Positions 1 through 11,783 of a stretch of 64,000 nucleotides of DNA are shown piece after piece. Source of the DNA: Eledone cirrhosa (Eukaryota). Under the pieces are notes generated by a model. It made no database searches. It saw only the letters and a program-made list of their open reading frames with translations, and was not told the DNA's origin. The translations under genes were made by a program, and so were the position numbers. The stretch covers positions 27,218,001-27,282,000 of the forward strand of contig OZ024758.1 in assembly GCA_964016885.1 (NCBI GenBank). Reading direction: 5' to 3'. The stretch's first letter is position 1; each line of letters opens with the position of its first letter.

Positions 1-540
1 TACACTGTCTTATGTAATCAGTAACGTAATCCATGATACATTAAAAAAAGACGATATTATATATAAACTGCATTAGGAGAAAATAAGCGACGGAAATATA
101 TGCAATATTTTTATAAGTGATATAATATAACGGCCGCTAACCGGAAGTGTTGACGTTTGAACATTTTAAAGATCTTTAAATAAGCTATAAAATATATTTA
201 ATCAACAGCCACGAAATTTGGCACATAAATTATGTAATATTCATTCATTATTTATTCAAAGGCGGTGGATTGGCAGTATCAGTAGAGGGTCGGACGCCAT
301 GCTTTCCAGCATAGTTACGTCCCTTTACGATCTGAGTTCAAATCCCGCCGAGGTTGACTTTGCCTTTCATCCTTACGGGGTCGATAAAATAAAGTACCAG
401 TAATGCACTGGGTAATTGCTGGCCTTGTGCCAAAAGTAGAAACAATTATTTATTCAAAGTAATCCAATTTATTTTACAAACGGGGTAAAAAAAAAATATC
501 CTGGACGCAATCCCGCTCTCCTTTCTTTATTATAGTTAAT
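1..540 (-). mobile_element. Non-autonomous Helitron (family H1), runs off the window start, interrupted by a SINE
   Basis: Clear similarity to the complete copies at 42061-42539 and 51818-52298. SINE inserted at 261-450. Confidence 0.75.
261..450 (+). mobile_element. tRNA-derived SINE (Nin/Deu-domain type), full-length young copy
   Basis: A-box-like TGGCAGTATC, B-box-like GAGTTCAAATCCC, central GCCTTTCATCCTTACGGGGTCGATAAA and (ATT) tail. TSD ATTATTTATTCAAAG on both sides. Confidence 0.9.
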
Positions 541-764
541 ATTTGTTCGGGTCTTTACATCTGAGTTCAAATCCTACCCAGGTCAATTTTGCTTTTCATC
601 CTTCTGAGGTCGAGAAAATAAAGTAGCAATCAAGTACTAGGACAGATATAACCGACGTCTCCACCTCTAAAATTTCTGGGTTGTGCCTAAATTAGAAATC
701 GCTATTTGTTGGCTTTTCCTTTATATCGGAGGAGAGGAGGGAGAATATATTTTGGTCTCAATAT

Positions 765-976
765 ATTTGTTTGTATTTTGGGCACAAGGCCAGCAATTAT
801 CCCAGTGTATTACTGCTACTTTATTTTTATCGACCCCGTAAGGATGAAAGGCAAAATTAACCTCGGCGGGATTTGAACTCAGAATGGCAAGGGCCGTAAC
901 TCTTTGCTGCAAAACATGGCGTCCGACCCTCTACCGATACTGCCAATCACCTCTACTGATACTGCCAATCCACCAT
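765..976 (-). mobile_element. SINE, same family
   Basis: Reverse-complement copy. TSD ATTTTGGTCTCAATATATT. Confidence 0.88.
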
Positions 977-2204
977 TTTGGTCTCAATATATTATTGCTA
1001 TGGTTTACTTGATCTTTCATCTTTTTCTTACGCCGCAGACTCCTAAGATGTTGAATATATTAAATATAGTTTATACAGCTGCTCTATCCCCATCGTCATT
1101 GTAGTTCCTTTAAACTTTCTTCTCTTCTTCATTAACTTCATTACAAGACGAGCCTTTGCTAACTGGGCTGGATTATCTTCCAGCATTTATACTTCAAGAA
1201 AAATTATCTTCCCTTGATATATGAAAAGTAATTGCGACCTTCTTATTTTCTAACTATACTAAGGACTTGATAATTCATTGCAGTATCGACTGGGGCTAGA
1301 TTTTTTGTTTGTTTGTTCTGTTCTTTTATCTCCAACCGTTTTAGTTATTGCTTCATTTTTATCCGTTTTAAGGGTTGGTGGAAGCATTTCTGTATTGGGT
1401 GGGCGGGAGTTGAGCAAATGTAGGCGTAGTGATTAGTTTAGCTATCTACCAAGATATAAAAAAAAAAAAACTTCGATATACGATAAACATAAGATGTACA
1501 TAAACTGTAGTGCAAATACAATTAGATGTGTGTTTAGGTAGTTTGGGAGAGAAATATAATTATAGGCAGGGGGAGGGCGTCCCCCCCTCCAGTTCCACCG
1601 TCCCGGCTTTTATGAATGTTGTGGCTGGTATTGCTGATGGCTACCGTTTCGAAGAGCCGCATAAATATCTATCACATTCTAAGCGCTTCCGACCGATTTC
1701 TTTCCTCCGTCACACATTTAATTCTTTTCAGCGATTTATTTGACACATAATCGCATCCCTTATTAAAAGAACAGCCGAGAATACCTTCAGGAAAATTAAC
1801 TGAATATCAGGAAAAGCCGATACGAGAATTAGGAAGCGATCTACCTTAAAGCAGCGAGTGTATTGGCACTATACATCCATCAAATGTTATATAGAGAGAA
1901 GATGGTTGATAATACTAGAGGTTTTATCTATGCCACTGACAGCATGCCAAAGGCAAAATTCCAACTATACCGAAACAACCGTCAGTGCCGCTTTACATTA
2001 TCTCAGCTATTACTACAAAGGTAATCATTTAATTGCTAAATCCTTTGAAAACACAGGTTTCTGCATTCCATCTAAGAAATAAGGAAGCAAGCAGAAAGTT
2101 AAATATCTTATGGTGAAACAGTAACATCACAGGAAACTAGTGCTGGTCCGATGTCAGTAAATGGTAATGCAAAAATTCAAACAGTGGAATAAGTATTAAG
2201 CTGT

Positions 2205-2641
2205 GGGGGAATAAGGGTTTCTGATTTAGGAACAAGGCCAACAATTTTTTGATTTTTAAAAAAATTTTTTTTAAGGGAAAGTCGATTAAATCAACCCCAG
2301 GGCATTACTGGTTCTTTATTTTATCGACCCCTTAAGGATGAAAGGCAAAGCTAACCTCGGTGGGATATGAACTCAGAACGCAAAGGGCCATAAATCTATG
2401 CCACTAAGCATGTTGTCCGACGCTCTACCGATTCTGCCAATCCACCACTGTGGGAGAAATAATTGTTTCTACTTTTGGCACAAGGCCAGCAATTACCCAG
2501 TACATTACTGGTACTTTATTTTATCGACTCCCGTAAGGATGAAAGGCAAAGTTAACCTCGGCGGTATTTGAACTCAGAATGGCAAGGGCCGTAACTGAAT
2601 GCGTCAAAGCATGGCGTCCGACCCTCTACCGATACTGCCAA
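2205..2641 (-). mobile_element. Two adjacent SINE copies (older long form, then young short form)
   Basis: Both carry the family core. The first retains the extra GTCGATTAAATCAACCCC segment that young copies lack. Confidence 0.85.
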
Positions 2642-3104
2642 AATGGAAACAACTGATTTACTCAGAGAGAAATCGGTGTTTAGCTGGTGTTGCTGCCTAA
2701 ATATACCGAGGAGTAGCAGCGAGAGGTAATATCTTAAGGGAGGTAGAAAGACTGATAGAGGAAAGGGAAGAGGTAAATAGGAACAAGAGTTAATGGAGGG
2801 GGAGGAGGGGATAACGATCAAAACGGGGGAGAAGAAAAGTAACGCCGGCAAATTTGAAAAATGTTAAGGGAAGAAGTAATGACAGGGATAAATAGACACC
2901 GCCCTTACACACACACCACACCACACCACACCACACCACACAGGGAGAGAAATAGATAGGTACATACATATATGCACATTTACATACAAGCACACTTAAA
3001 CATAATATTTATGCTCATATGTCTGTTTATGTATACATACATACCTACCTACCTACCTACCTACCTACCTACCTACCTACCTACCTACCTACATACATAC
3101 ATAC

Positions 3105-3422
3105 AGGGCGGGTAAAATTCTCGAGATCCATGGACGAGTTCTCTCCAGCGGTCTCTGTCCCTCATTATCGCTGCCATGTCCTGCGTCTCCAACAGACCAG
3201 TGTCTGTTCTTAAGGCATCAACATACGTTAACCTTGGTCTTCCTCTTCCAGTATGTCCCTGTAGGGGCTCCCACAGGAGCACTCAGTGCAGTGTCAACTG
3301 AGCCATCCTCACCTTTCTCGTGTAGCACCCATCTACCATCTGGGTGAGTTTCTTGGTCAGTGTCCAAGTCTCAGACCCGTACAGCAGCACAGACTCCACT
3401 ACAGCAATGAATAGGCGGATCT
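3105..3422 (-). pseudogene. RTE-type LINE ORF2 3' fragment with internal deletion
   Basis: Translates to IRLFIAVVESVLLYGSETWTLTKK... and LLWEPLQGHTGRGRPRLTYVDAL...MRDRDRWRELV, typical of the RTE RT C-terminus. Ends in (TATG)/(TAGG)n. Confidence 0.85.
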
Positions 3423-3435
3423 TTATATATATATA

Positions 3436-3772
3436 ATTGGTGTTGGGTGCTTAAAGCGTCCGTATGCGGTAGGCCGTATGAGCACTCGATGCCCTCATAG
3501 AGCAGAGTATGATATCACAGAAAAAAGAGAATCAGTGTTGCGACGAAAGGAATTTATTGGACATGTTACAATCGTTTCTCGGGCGATCAGAATTCGATGT
3601 TAAAGGGCAATAGGAAAATCTGTTTCGTAGAATCGAGACGTATCCGAGGACCGTGCGATTTCAGAGTCAAGTTTGAGCACCACATCGATCGTGCCTCGAG
3701 CTGGTCGCCCGGGAAACAATTGTAATATGTCCAATAGATTCCTTTCGTCGCAACACTGATTCTCTTTTTTCT

Positions 3773-3779
<7 letters not shown>
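3436..3779. mobile_element. Fold-back element with ~79-bp inverted arms, probably Penelope-like-derived
   Basis: Arms 3512-3590 and 3701-3779. Flanked by (TA)n. Contains a hammerhead motif. Confidence 0.7.
3637..3731 (+). ncRNA. Type-I hammerhead ribozyme motif, variant core CCGAGGA
   Basis: Stem I GACGUAU/AUAUGUC; core CCGAGGA; stem II CCG-U-GCGAUU/GGUCGC-C-CGG with a long loop; GAAAC-AAUU-GUA (palindromic stem III). Confidence 0.7.
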
Positions 3780-3815
<36 letters not shown>

Positions 3816-3939
3816 TAGAGTGTGTTTAAGACACCATAGTATTTAAAATATTCCAACATTAACGGATTTAATACTAAATGCTGTTGTGTATAGTGTAAAT
3901 TTTATTTTCTAAGTAGAAAGTTGACAGTGACTTCGAATT

Positions 3940-4223
3940 TTCAGCTTGGTTACTTCATCTGGCCGTCTGCTTAAGGGTAAAGAACCCCTTCGGTCATAAA
4001 TGACCATGGGATTTGCACCTAGAAATTTTCCCTCCGACATGCTTACCAGTCTCCTCTCTCCACGCCATCGATGTTGTCCAAGGGAAAGGCAATGGCCGAT
4101 ACAGCTTGGCACCTGTGACGCCGCAGCACATTTCTACAGCTGAGTAAATTGGAGTAACCTGAAATAAAGTGTCTTGCTCAAGGACACAACGCATCACCCG
4201 GTCTGAGAATGGAACTCACAACC
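3940..4223 (-). mobile_element. Second tRNA-derived SINE family (GTGTCCTTGAGCAAGACACTT core)
   Basis: B-box-like remnant and conserved core. Related heads at 20900-21010 and 61685-61985. Confidence 0.7.
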
Positions 4224-4599
4224 GGTAGTTAGAATTTATTTATTGTGAGGCGGGGTGGTGGTATAGGAATATTCTTTACTTAGAAGTGGATTTGATGATA
4301 AAAATAGTAGCAGTGGGGCCGACAGTCACCCATATAACCGAACATTTGGGCCCGGGGAACTACACAAAGATCTGAACCCCAATACATGCTATGAAGATGT
4401 TGGCGTAACTGAAGCTCAACTTATTACGCCTGGCCACACAGGTGTCTTTTTGATACAACTCAGGGGAAATAATGAGACGGAGAAGACAGGGTAGTTTTTA
4501 GTCCAAGTGAAAAACATAGATCAAATAAATATTTAAGGGATAAGACCCTGTCATTGTATGGATGACGGTATGTATAAATTTCACATCTACAGTTAACAG

Positions 4600-4850
4600 G
4601 AGCTGTTAGGGTCCCAGGATGGAAAATATGAGTTGAAAAGATTAAAGGCAGATTTTACAAGCAAAACCAACCAGCACGAGACCCAGGAGCAGACCCCGAG
4701 CAAGATGGTTGGATAACATCCATGGGCTTGACTGGTCTAGTTTGGGGATCCAGCCGGATCAGTTGAAGATGGCTACTTCTGACAGGACCCGCTGGAAGAG
4801 TGTTTGAGGGCTCCACGACCCTCTCAGGAAGAAGATGTTTAAGGACATGG
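4600..4850 (+). pseudogene. RTE-type LINE 3' fragment
   Basis: Translates to RQILQAKPTSTRPRSRPRARWLDNIHGLDWSSLGIQPDQLKMATSDRTRWK (R-x-R-P-R-x-R-W ... DR-x-x-W motif). Confidence 0.75.
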
Positions 4851-5789
4851 TTAATATCCTTGATATGAGAGGACAAAGTAGCCATATTAGAGTGGCCTAA
4901 GTATATTTAGGTAGCAGGATACGAGTTTGGTGGGGGCAACTAAGAGACAATTGAACGACCAGGATGAAAATAATCAACGAACTACAATATACAAAAGCAA
5001 GTAATTAAATTCTTCAACAACTATTCCAGTAATCTGTCATTGCCAGAATTGTTTCTAATTTTATTAAATGTTGTGATGGTGTGTTGCAATGAGCGATGCA
5101 AACGACCACCAAGGTTTTTTTTTTACAACTAAATGTTGTCAATGGACTACGGAATGCACCACCAATACATTCAGCACTGACGTTTTTAATGTGTGCAATG
5201 AATCCCTGACGGCAGTTAACCATTGTTAGAATTCCATCAGTTATAGCTACCATTATATTTGCAAGACGAACCTCCTTTAAAAAAGAAAAAAAAAAAAAAA
5301 ATCTCCCACAACAATAAATTTCTATTTCCCTTTAGTATCTGCTACCAAATGTCAGGCAAATAAAATTCTCGAATTATTTTCCCTTCTTTTATGAACTGGA
5401 CATAAGCTAACAATAAAGCTTTATTCCCAAGTAGTATTAATTCATCCAGTTGTAATAAAACCAGGTGGTCCCAAAAAACATCCTTTCTCATTTCGTCAAT
5501 TCGTAGTTTTATTGTATTACTGCGCCTAAGAATTTTATTGACTAGAATTTTTTTCAACACGCTGACGCGTGTGTGTGTATGCATACATTTATATGTATGA
5601 GTGTATAAATATAAACGCACAAACACACAAAAATACATTCAGGCATACATTCACACAAACATGCACATACATGGCGTAGCAAATTGAACGCCAGCTGCTA
5701 TTTTGCTGTAGTTTTTTCGCCGGCCCCTGCCTCACTCACTCACTGTGTGTGTGTGTGGGGGGGGGGGGGGGGGTCAGAAGTCGCTCAAT

Positions 5790-6814
5790 ATATAGATTGT
5801 TTCAGTTGTTGGTTTGTACAACACAATATATAGAACCTCACAAATAGCTGGTAGGATCAATTCTTCATCAATATTATTCGGCTTCCTGGATTTGGAAATC
5901 AGAAGTTATATTTTATAAGAGGCGTGCAACGCATCATTTTTTTCGGATTGGTACAGACGAATCCATATTTTACAACCCCAGATTTTTGAAAATTGGTTTT
6001 GAAGTTCTTTAAAATAAATGCTGTTTTGTTTTTTCCTTAGCTTTTCAGTATGAATATTTTTCAAATGCTCTTCTAATCTTGAAGGTTCCATAGATTTATT
6101 AGAAAATACTTTTTAGCAAATCAGGCACATGGAAAATAACCTGTTTGTATGTGACGGAACAATGCAAGGTACAGTTGTCCCCCGGTATTCGCGGGGGTTA
6201 CGTTCCTAGAGCAGCAGAGAAGAGTGAAAAACCGCGAATATTGGACGCGGTCCATAAAAATGCCTATAAACGTGAAAACATAACGTAAAATATTGGCCGG
6301 CAAATACAGTATATTGTTATTAATAATTTAGCGTGAAAAAATATATATTGTCACGAAAAAAGCCGTTAAAAAATCGCGAAAGATATTTTTGATTCCGCGA
6401 ATATGGAGTGGTTTCCACGAATTAGGTTCTAAGGAAAATCCTGCGAATAACCTGGACCTCAAATGGAGGGGGTACACTGTATTTGATATTTGATATTGTA
6501 CTGTTGAAATCTCTTTTTCTGGTTCTGCCATAGTTATATGAATAAAAAATATATTACTACCGACATATGCATTCTCTATCATTTATATTATTCATTAGAT
6601 AAGAACTCGATATCACTGTGCTTAACGCAGGTGACAGTTTTATGAGCAACTGCTAATTTATATTCCTTGTTCTTTACTCCAGTCTTTCAATGACCTCTAC
6701 CGACCCCTTACTTTTTTAGTGTTAATGTTTAGTCCTTCAGCGTCAATGTTGAGCTTTCTAGTATCAATTTGTAGTCTTCCAGCGCCAATCCAGCGCTCAC
6801 TTTGGGAACCACTC
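5790..6814 (-). pseudogene. hAT (Charlie/Buster, ZBED5/SCAND3-like) transposon 5' part with decayed transposase
   Basis: Minus strand gives MCLIC..VFSNKSMEPSRLEEHLKNIH...DALHASYKI*LLISKSRKPNNIDEELILPAI with stops. TIR-like AGTGGTTCCCAAAGTG at ~6798-6813. Interrupted by a MITE. Confidence 0.8.
6172..6479. mobile_element. Tc1/pogo (Tigger-like) MITE
   Basis: TA-CAGTTGTCCCCCC...GGGGGTACACTG-TA termini. Second copy at 55902-56225. Confidence 0.8.
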
Positions 6815-7309
6815 TCTTTATATTAACGACACAACTGTAGTCTCTACAAAAGAGCTTTTTTTTTCTATCTACAACCTTTTAATACTATTTTAATGGTTAG
6901 CAGTTAAGTCTTTGTGGCCCTATGATTCTCTTTCGCAACCTTTCTGTTCCTCAAGTAATAATCTACTGGGTCCTAGGTGTGAATATAGTCACCCTTTACG
7001 CTCCTAATGTTAGGTCTTCGCAGAAATTCGAAAAACTTGGATCTGACCTCTAATTTCTAAGGAAGTATGTTACTCCAATTGTTGTATGATGGTTGCTGTG
7101 TTGTGTGTAAACTATTCGGGTATTTGATGTAGCTACACTAGTCAGGTAGTTTTCTCTTATCTGCTAGTTGTGGAGAAAAGAGTGGAATGGTGGATGACTC
7201 TAAAAGAAACAATGTCTTTTCTTTTCTGGCGAAAATCTCGTCAGCCACTTCAAATATATTGCAATCGAATGATGGGTAACGGAGGAAACTCTGCTCACAT
7301 GCAATTTTT

Positions 7310-7550
7310 TAATTCTTCTTCTTTTCATATCTTCGAAGCATGCGGTTATATGACAGTTTCCCATTTTTTTTACACAGTCCTTTGCATTATTATTAAATTC
7401 TGCGAGATCTTTTAAGCTGCACTGGTTGGGTAGTAGAGGGCAAACAAGGCAGTGCCGCATCGTATGGTCCTCCAATTTTTTAATGAAAAGTGGGCATTGT
7501 GTGTGAACGGCCGTCAGTCCGTCTTATTTTCAGAGTACGATCGGGGGTTA
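7310..7550 (-). pseudogene. LINE 3' end (I/Ingi-like), decayed
   Basis: EDHTMRHCLVCPLLPNQCSLKDLAEFNNNAKDCV resembles the C-terminal Cys/His knuckle of I-group LINEs and is followed by a (GAA)n tail. Clade assignment is from memory. Confidence 0.5.
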
Positions 7551-9208
7551 AACAATCTCGAACGCTTCGAAACAGCTCTTAAATTTGACCAGTAAAGGCA
7601 ATATTTATTCAACATTGAAATATATATATAAAGGAAGCACATAGTATAAATAAGTTTAAAAGATTTCTATTCGGGCTATGTTGTGATGTTAAAGAGGGAG
7701 TGAGATTAAAACTTCGACCAAAGAACATGAACTTTCTCTCCGATGATGATACAGTTTCTGTGTTCCTGTCTACCGAATTCCATTAACGAGTCTTTGTTAA
7801 AGACATCTGAAGTCTGAAGTGCTGCGCAGTGAGATTGCACCTGTAACCCTCTAGTTGTGGCCATATTCACTTAACCGCACAACTATGCTTGCACCCATGT
7901 AACGTAGTTTTCTTAGACGAAGATATTTCCCATCACTGTTCTACATTTCTAATTATTCCCCCTAAAACAGACCTGCCGACCTCTAAACACCCAAACGGGG
8001 AGAAATGAGGCAAAATGGGGAGATTTTACATAATGAAAGTTATACCCATCTCTCTCTCTCTCACACACACACACCCCAAAGTGGGAGGGAGATCTCCCCG
8101 CTGGACGGGGAGGGTTGACAGGTCTGTTAAAATATAATACTCTAATGTCTTTATGCCAACACCAAACAAATCGATATTTTGCGTGCTGTTAATTAAATCA
8201 ATTTTCAATAAGTTTATTCAATTTGTTTAAAAGCTATGTGCATAACAAGGTTATAAAATGATTGAGGAATGGGGAAGACCGTTCACATAATTGTGAAATG
8301 TGAATACAGTTGATGACAAACACCATATTTTAAATATTATATAATTCTTTTTTTTCCCCCCCGATCGTATGTACAAGTGAGTAACTGAAAAAGTCTTAGG
8401 TTATTAATTTACATTAAACATTTTAAGTTTTCTTTAGAAAAAAGTATAGAAAGCTATACTGAAATTAATAGATAATTAATATCGACCAAAGAGGTTATCA
8501 GTTTCACATTGAAACGGCTTTAAAATGTTAAGTTAGAATCGAACAGTGAACGGAATCACTGTTACAATAAACGCTAATTGTTTGTGTTCAAATCTATTTA
8601 TCGTGATGATGTATTGCAGATGTAATTCGAAATTTGCCGGTCGCACTTTTAACTTTCAACATATGATTCTTAAGAGTAAAATGAATATTAGCCATTTTTT
8701 TTTTTTTTCACCTTAGCAAATGTGCGCTCTCATTCTGTCTCGCCCTCTTTCTATTTCTTTCTTTCTCCCCTTCTTCCTCCTCCTTCTTACACACACACAC
8801 CACACACAACACACATCACACTCATTCTCGATTATATTAAAAGCATAGCAGGAAAATTTCAATTATTTAATGGAAAAAAATAACTTGCATTTCATTCACA
8901 GATGTTGTTGGTAATTGGTTTTCGCCTCTGAAGAGTTCTTTCCGTTTGGAGTCAAGAGGTACCGTTTGAGATTCAGAACACACGCACGCACGCGCACACA
9001 CACGCACACACACGCACGCACGCGCGCACACACAGGTGTGAGTGCGTGCAGGCGATTACGAGGATAACTGATTTCAGCAAGCGTCAAATATACTAACTAG
9101 CTGTCGTCAGAATGCTAAATGTAATGGGGCTGTCAAAATTTAAGGAGCTAGGATTCATTATACACTATATGTATGTTGTATGTATGTTTGTGTGTACACG
9201 CACACACA

Positions 9209-10094
9209 CAGCAGTACCCTGCTTAACGCCACCCAGTTAAGTGTTGATTAGCTACAGTGCTCTTCTTTCTTGGAGACAATATCCTAAGTGAGATAATACT
9301 ACATGATTATAATAATTGGTTGTTAATATGTAAGAAACCATGATCTATACATTTGCATGCTCCCACATATCCACAATGAGTGGACAACTCCAAGTGTTGA
9401 ATGTACATCTAAGATGCCAGCATTAAATGCAATGCTATAAATACTGGGGCGACTGGAAGTTGTCAAACGTTAAGTGTATGCGGACAAGTCCTTAAACTTG
9501 GCCACATGAACGATTAGAAAACAAACTGTGGATGAAATAAAATGTTCCGCTATGACAACCTCATTGCTATTAGTGAAAACTGTGACTTGCGAGGTATGCA
9601 TGGACACCTTTTGAACTCGCATTTCTGTTAAAGTAGTTTACTTAGCGCCAAACACCATTTCCTTACTACAAACCACAGATCAAGGTGTAATTTCAAATCA
9701 AACAGCTTCTTGAAGAAACAAACTACCGCGATAAGCAATTAGTTTATCGGGGATCTTCAGTAAAACTACCGTATCGTGAAGGCCATAGATATTATCAAAG
9801 GGGATTGGAATAAAACAACTGAACACTCCACGAGAACAGTCTGGAAGAAGCTATGGTCAGGGGGAATGTAATGATGTCTTGGAATTTGACAAAGAAATGG
9901 CATCAGCAATCATTAATAAGATTGTTGAGTTAGGCAACGAAGCGAGAATGCAAAATGTCAACGTGGAAGATTTGGAGAAGTTAATAGACTTACTGTATAG
10001 TAAAATGTTATCTGTTGAAGACCTTCATGATTTAATCCAGCAACACATCCAAAATAAGCCTGAAGACCTCACTGTAGAACCAGTGATACAAGCA
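9209..10094 (+). pseudogene. Tigger/pogo-like transposon relic
   Basis: TIR-like CAGCAGTACCCTGCTTAACG. NTISLLQTTDQGVI matches the DDE_1 motif NTTSLLQPMDQGVI. Also WKKLW and an acidic C-terminal EDLEKLID..LSVEDL segment. Confidence 0.75.
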
Positions 10095-10281
10095 ATAATT
10101 GTTTCTACTTTAGGCACAAGGCCAGCAATTAACCAGTGCATTACTGGTACTTTATTTTATCGACCCCGTAAGGATGAAAGGCAAAGCCAACCTCGGCGGG
10201 ATTTGAACTCAGATCATAAAGGGACGTAACTATGCTGGAAAGCATGGCGTCCGACCCTCTACCGATACTGCCAATCCACCG
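10095..10281 (-). mobile_element. SINE, young full-length copy
   Basis: TSD GTGATACAAGCAATAAT. Confidence 0.9.
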
Positions 10282-10324
10282 TGATACAAGCAATAATGCT
10301 TATAAATGAATTCCTCTATAACTG

Positions 10325-10458
10325 CATCACTGGGCTTGCGGCTAGAATGTCTCAAGAAAGAATCGCTGGTAAGATTTTACGGGCAAAACCAACCGGTTGT
10401 ATGTCAGTACGGGACCCCTGCGACTTGCTCAGGAGTTACGGGACCATGCCATACCATC
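10325..10458 (+). pseudogene. Short RTE-type LINE 3' fragment
   Basis: GLAARMSQERIAGKILRAKPTG, then tail GGAGTTACGGGACCATGCCATAC shared with SINE-like copies at 11870-12040 and 56695-57015. Confidence 0.55.
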
Positions 10459-10532
10459 ATTTTCATATGTTGTCTGTATCAATACTATAATAATTAGCCT
10501 ATGAAGCTGGTATTTCTATTTGTTATACTATA

Positions 10533-10723
10533 TAATAACTGTTTCTACTTTAGGCACAAGGACAGCAATCACCCAGTGTATTACTGGTACTTTATTTTAT
10601 CGACCCCGTAAGGATGAAAGGCAAAGTTAACCTCGGCGGGATTTGAACTCAGAATGGTAAGGGCCGTAAGTCTTTGCGTCAAAGCATGGCGTCCGATCCT
10701 CTACCGATACTACCAATCCACCG
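10533..10723 (-). mobile_element. SINE, full-length
   Basis: Family consensus match. Confidence 0.88.
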
Positions 10724-10885
10724 ACCTTCGCGTTGTTTCGCGTAGTGCTGCCGTTTAGGACGTATATAGAACGTTAACTACGGTTTGGCCTTTATCGGTG
10801 GTGTAATTAACTGAACTCTGGACAAGGATCTCATCAATGAACTTTGAAATGGCATAAGATGATAAAACTAGTATTCTATCTATAT

Positions 10886-11317
10886 TATTTTAAATTATTT
10901 GGAAATTATTTTTAAGTGACCATGACCCAACGGGTCACGGGTGGTCTAGTATTTATTAAAATCATTGAAGTCTTCTAAATATATCATAGTGCTCAGCTAT
11001 CTGATATTTAACAAGGTGGGATAGATTAAAATAATTGTTTCTACTTTTGGCACAAGGCCAGCAATAACCCAGTACATTACTGGTACTTTATTTTACCTTA
11101 CGGGGTCGATAAAATAAAGTACCAGTAATCTACTGATGATTGCTGGCCTTGTGCCAAAAGTAGAAACAATTATTTTAATCTATCTCATCTTGTTAAATAT
11201 CAGATAGCTGAGCACTATGATATATTTAGAAGACTTCAATGATTGTAATAAATACTAGACCACCCGTGACCCGTTGGGTCATGTTCACTTAAAAATAATT
11301 TTCAAATAATTAAAATA
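10886..11317. repeat. ~210-bp inverted duplication centred in a SINE 3' half
   Basis: Arms ~10886-11095 and 11110-11317, with a 14-nt spacer of SINE sequence. Confidence 0.9.
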
Positions 11318-11383
11318 TACACAGACATGTATATAATGTGAAACGAAACAGGAAGGCCCATATATATACGTGTGTGTGTATAC

Positions 11384-11416
<33 letters not shown>

Positions 11417-11783
11417 AGAGTGTGTATAATATATATGTGTGGGTGTCTGATCTATATGCACTGCTATTAGACACACATACATATATACACAACACTACCA
11501 CCACCACTCTTCCATTCTCCTCTGTCTCTCTGTCACAACCACTATCTCTTCCTTTCTATCTTTCTCTTTGTTTATGAAGGTGCCCGGAAAAAACTCCATA
11601 TCTTGGGAACCCGTGGTCCGATTTACGCGAAACTTGTTTTATTCCATTTGTATTCCCCATTTCAGGGTCAACTTCATTTCAAAGTATTTTCCCATTATGA
11701 TGCGACCCTTTTGGCTGTATTACATTACAGGCAAGCAAGCAGGCAAGCAATCACAGACTTTTAGTATTATATAGATAGATAGA
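11255..11783 (-). mobile_element. Non-autonomous Helitron
   Basis: Minus strand starts TCTATCTATATAATACTAAAAAG followed by (TGCC/TGCT)n, and ends GACCCAACGGGTCACGGGTGGTCTAG|T (hairpin + CTAG). Confidence 0.7.

Noticed and set aside
261-355. tRNA genes at SINE heads
   Set aside because: Only A/B-box-like motifs are present with no convincing cloverleaf, and they are always fused to the SINE body.
9055-9115. CTGACGA...GAAA on the minus strand
   Set aside because: No stem I complement and stem II is out of register. Hits near 7243 and 13160 fail in the same way.
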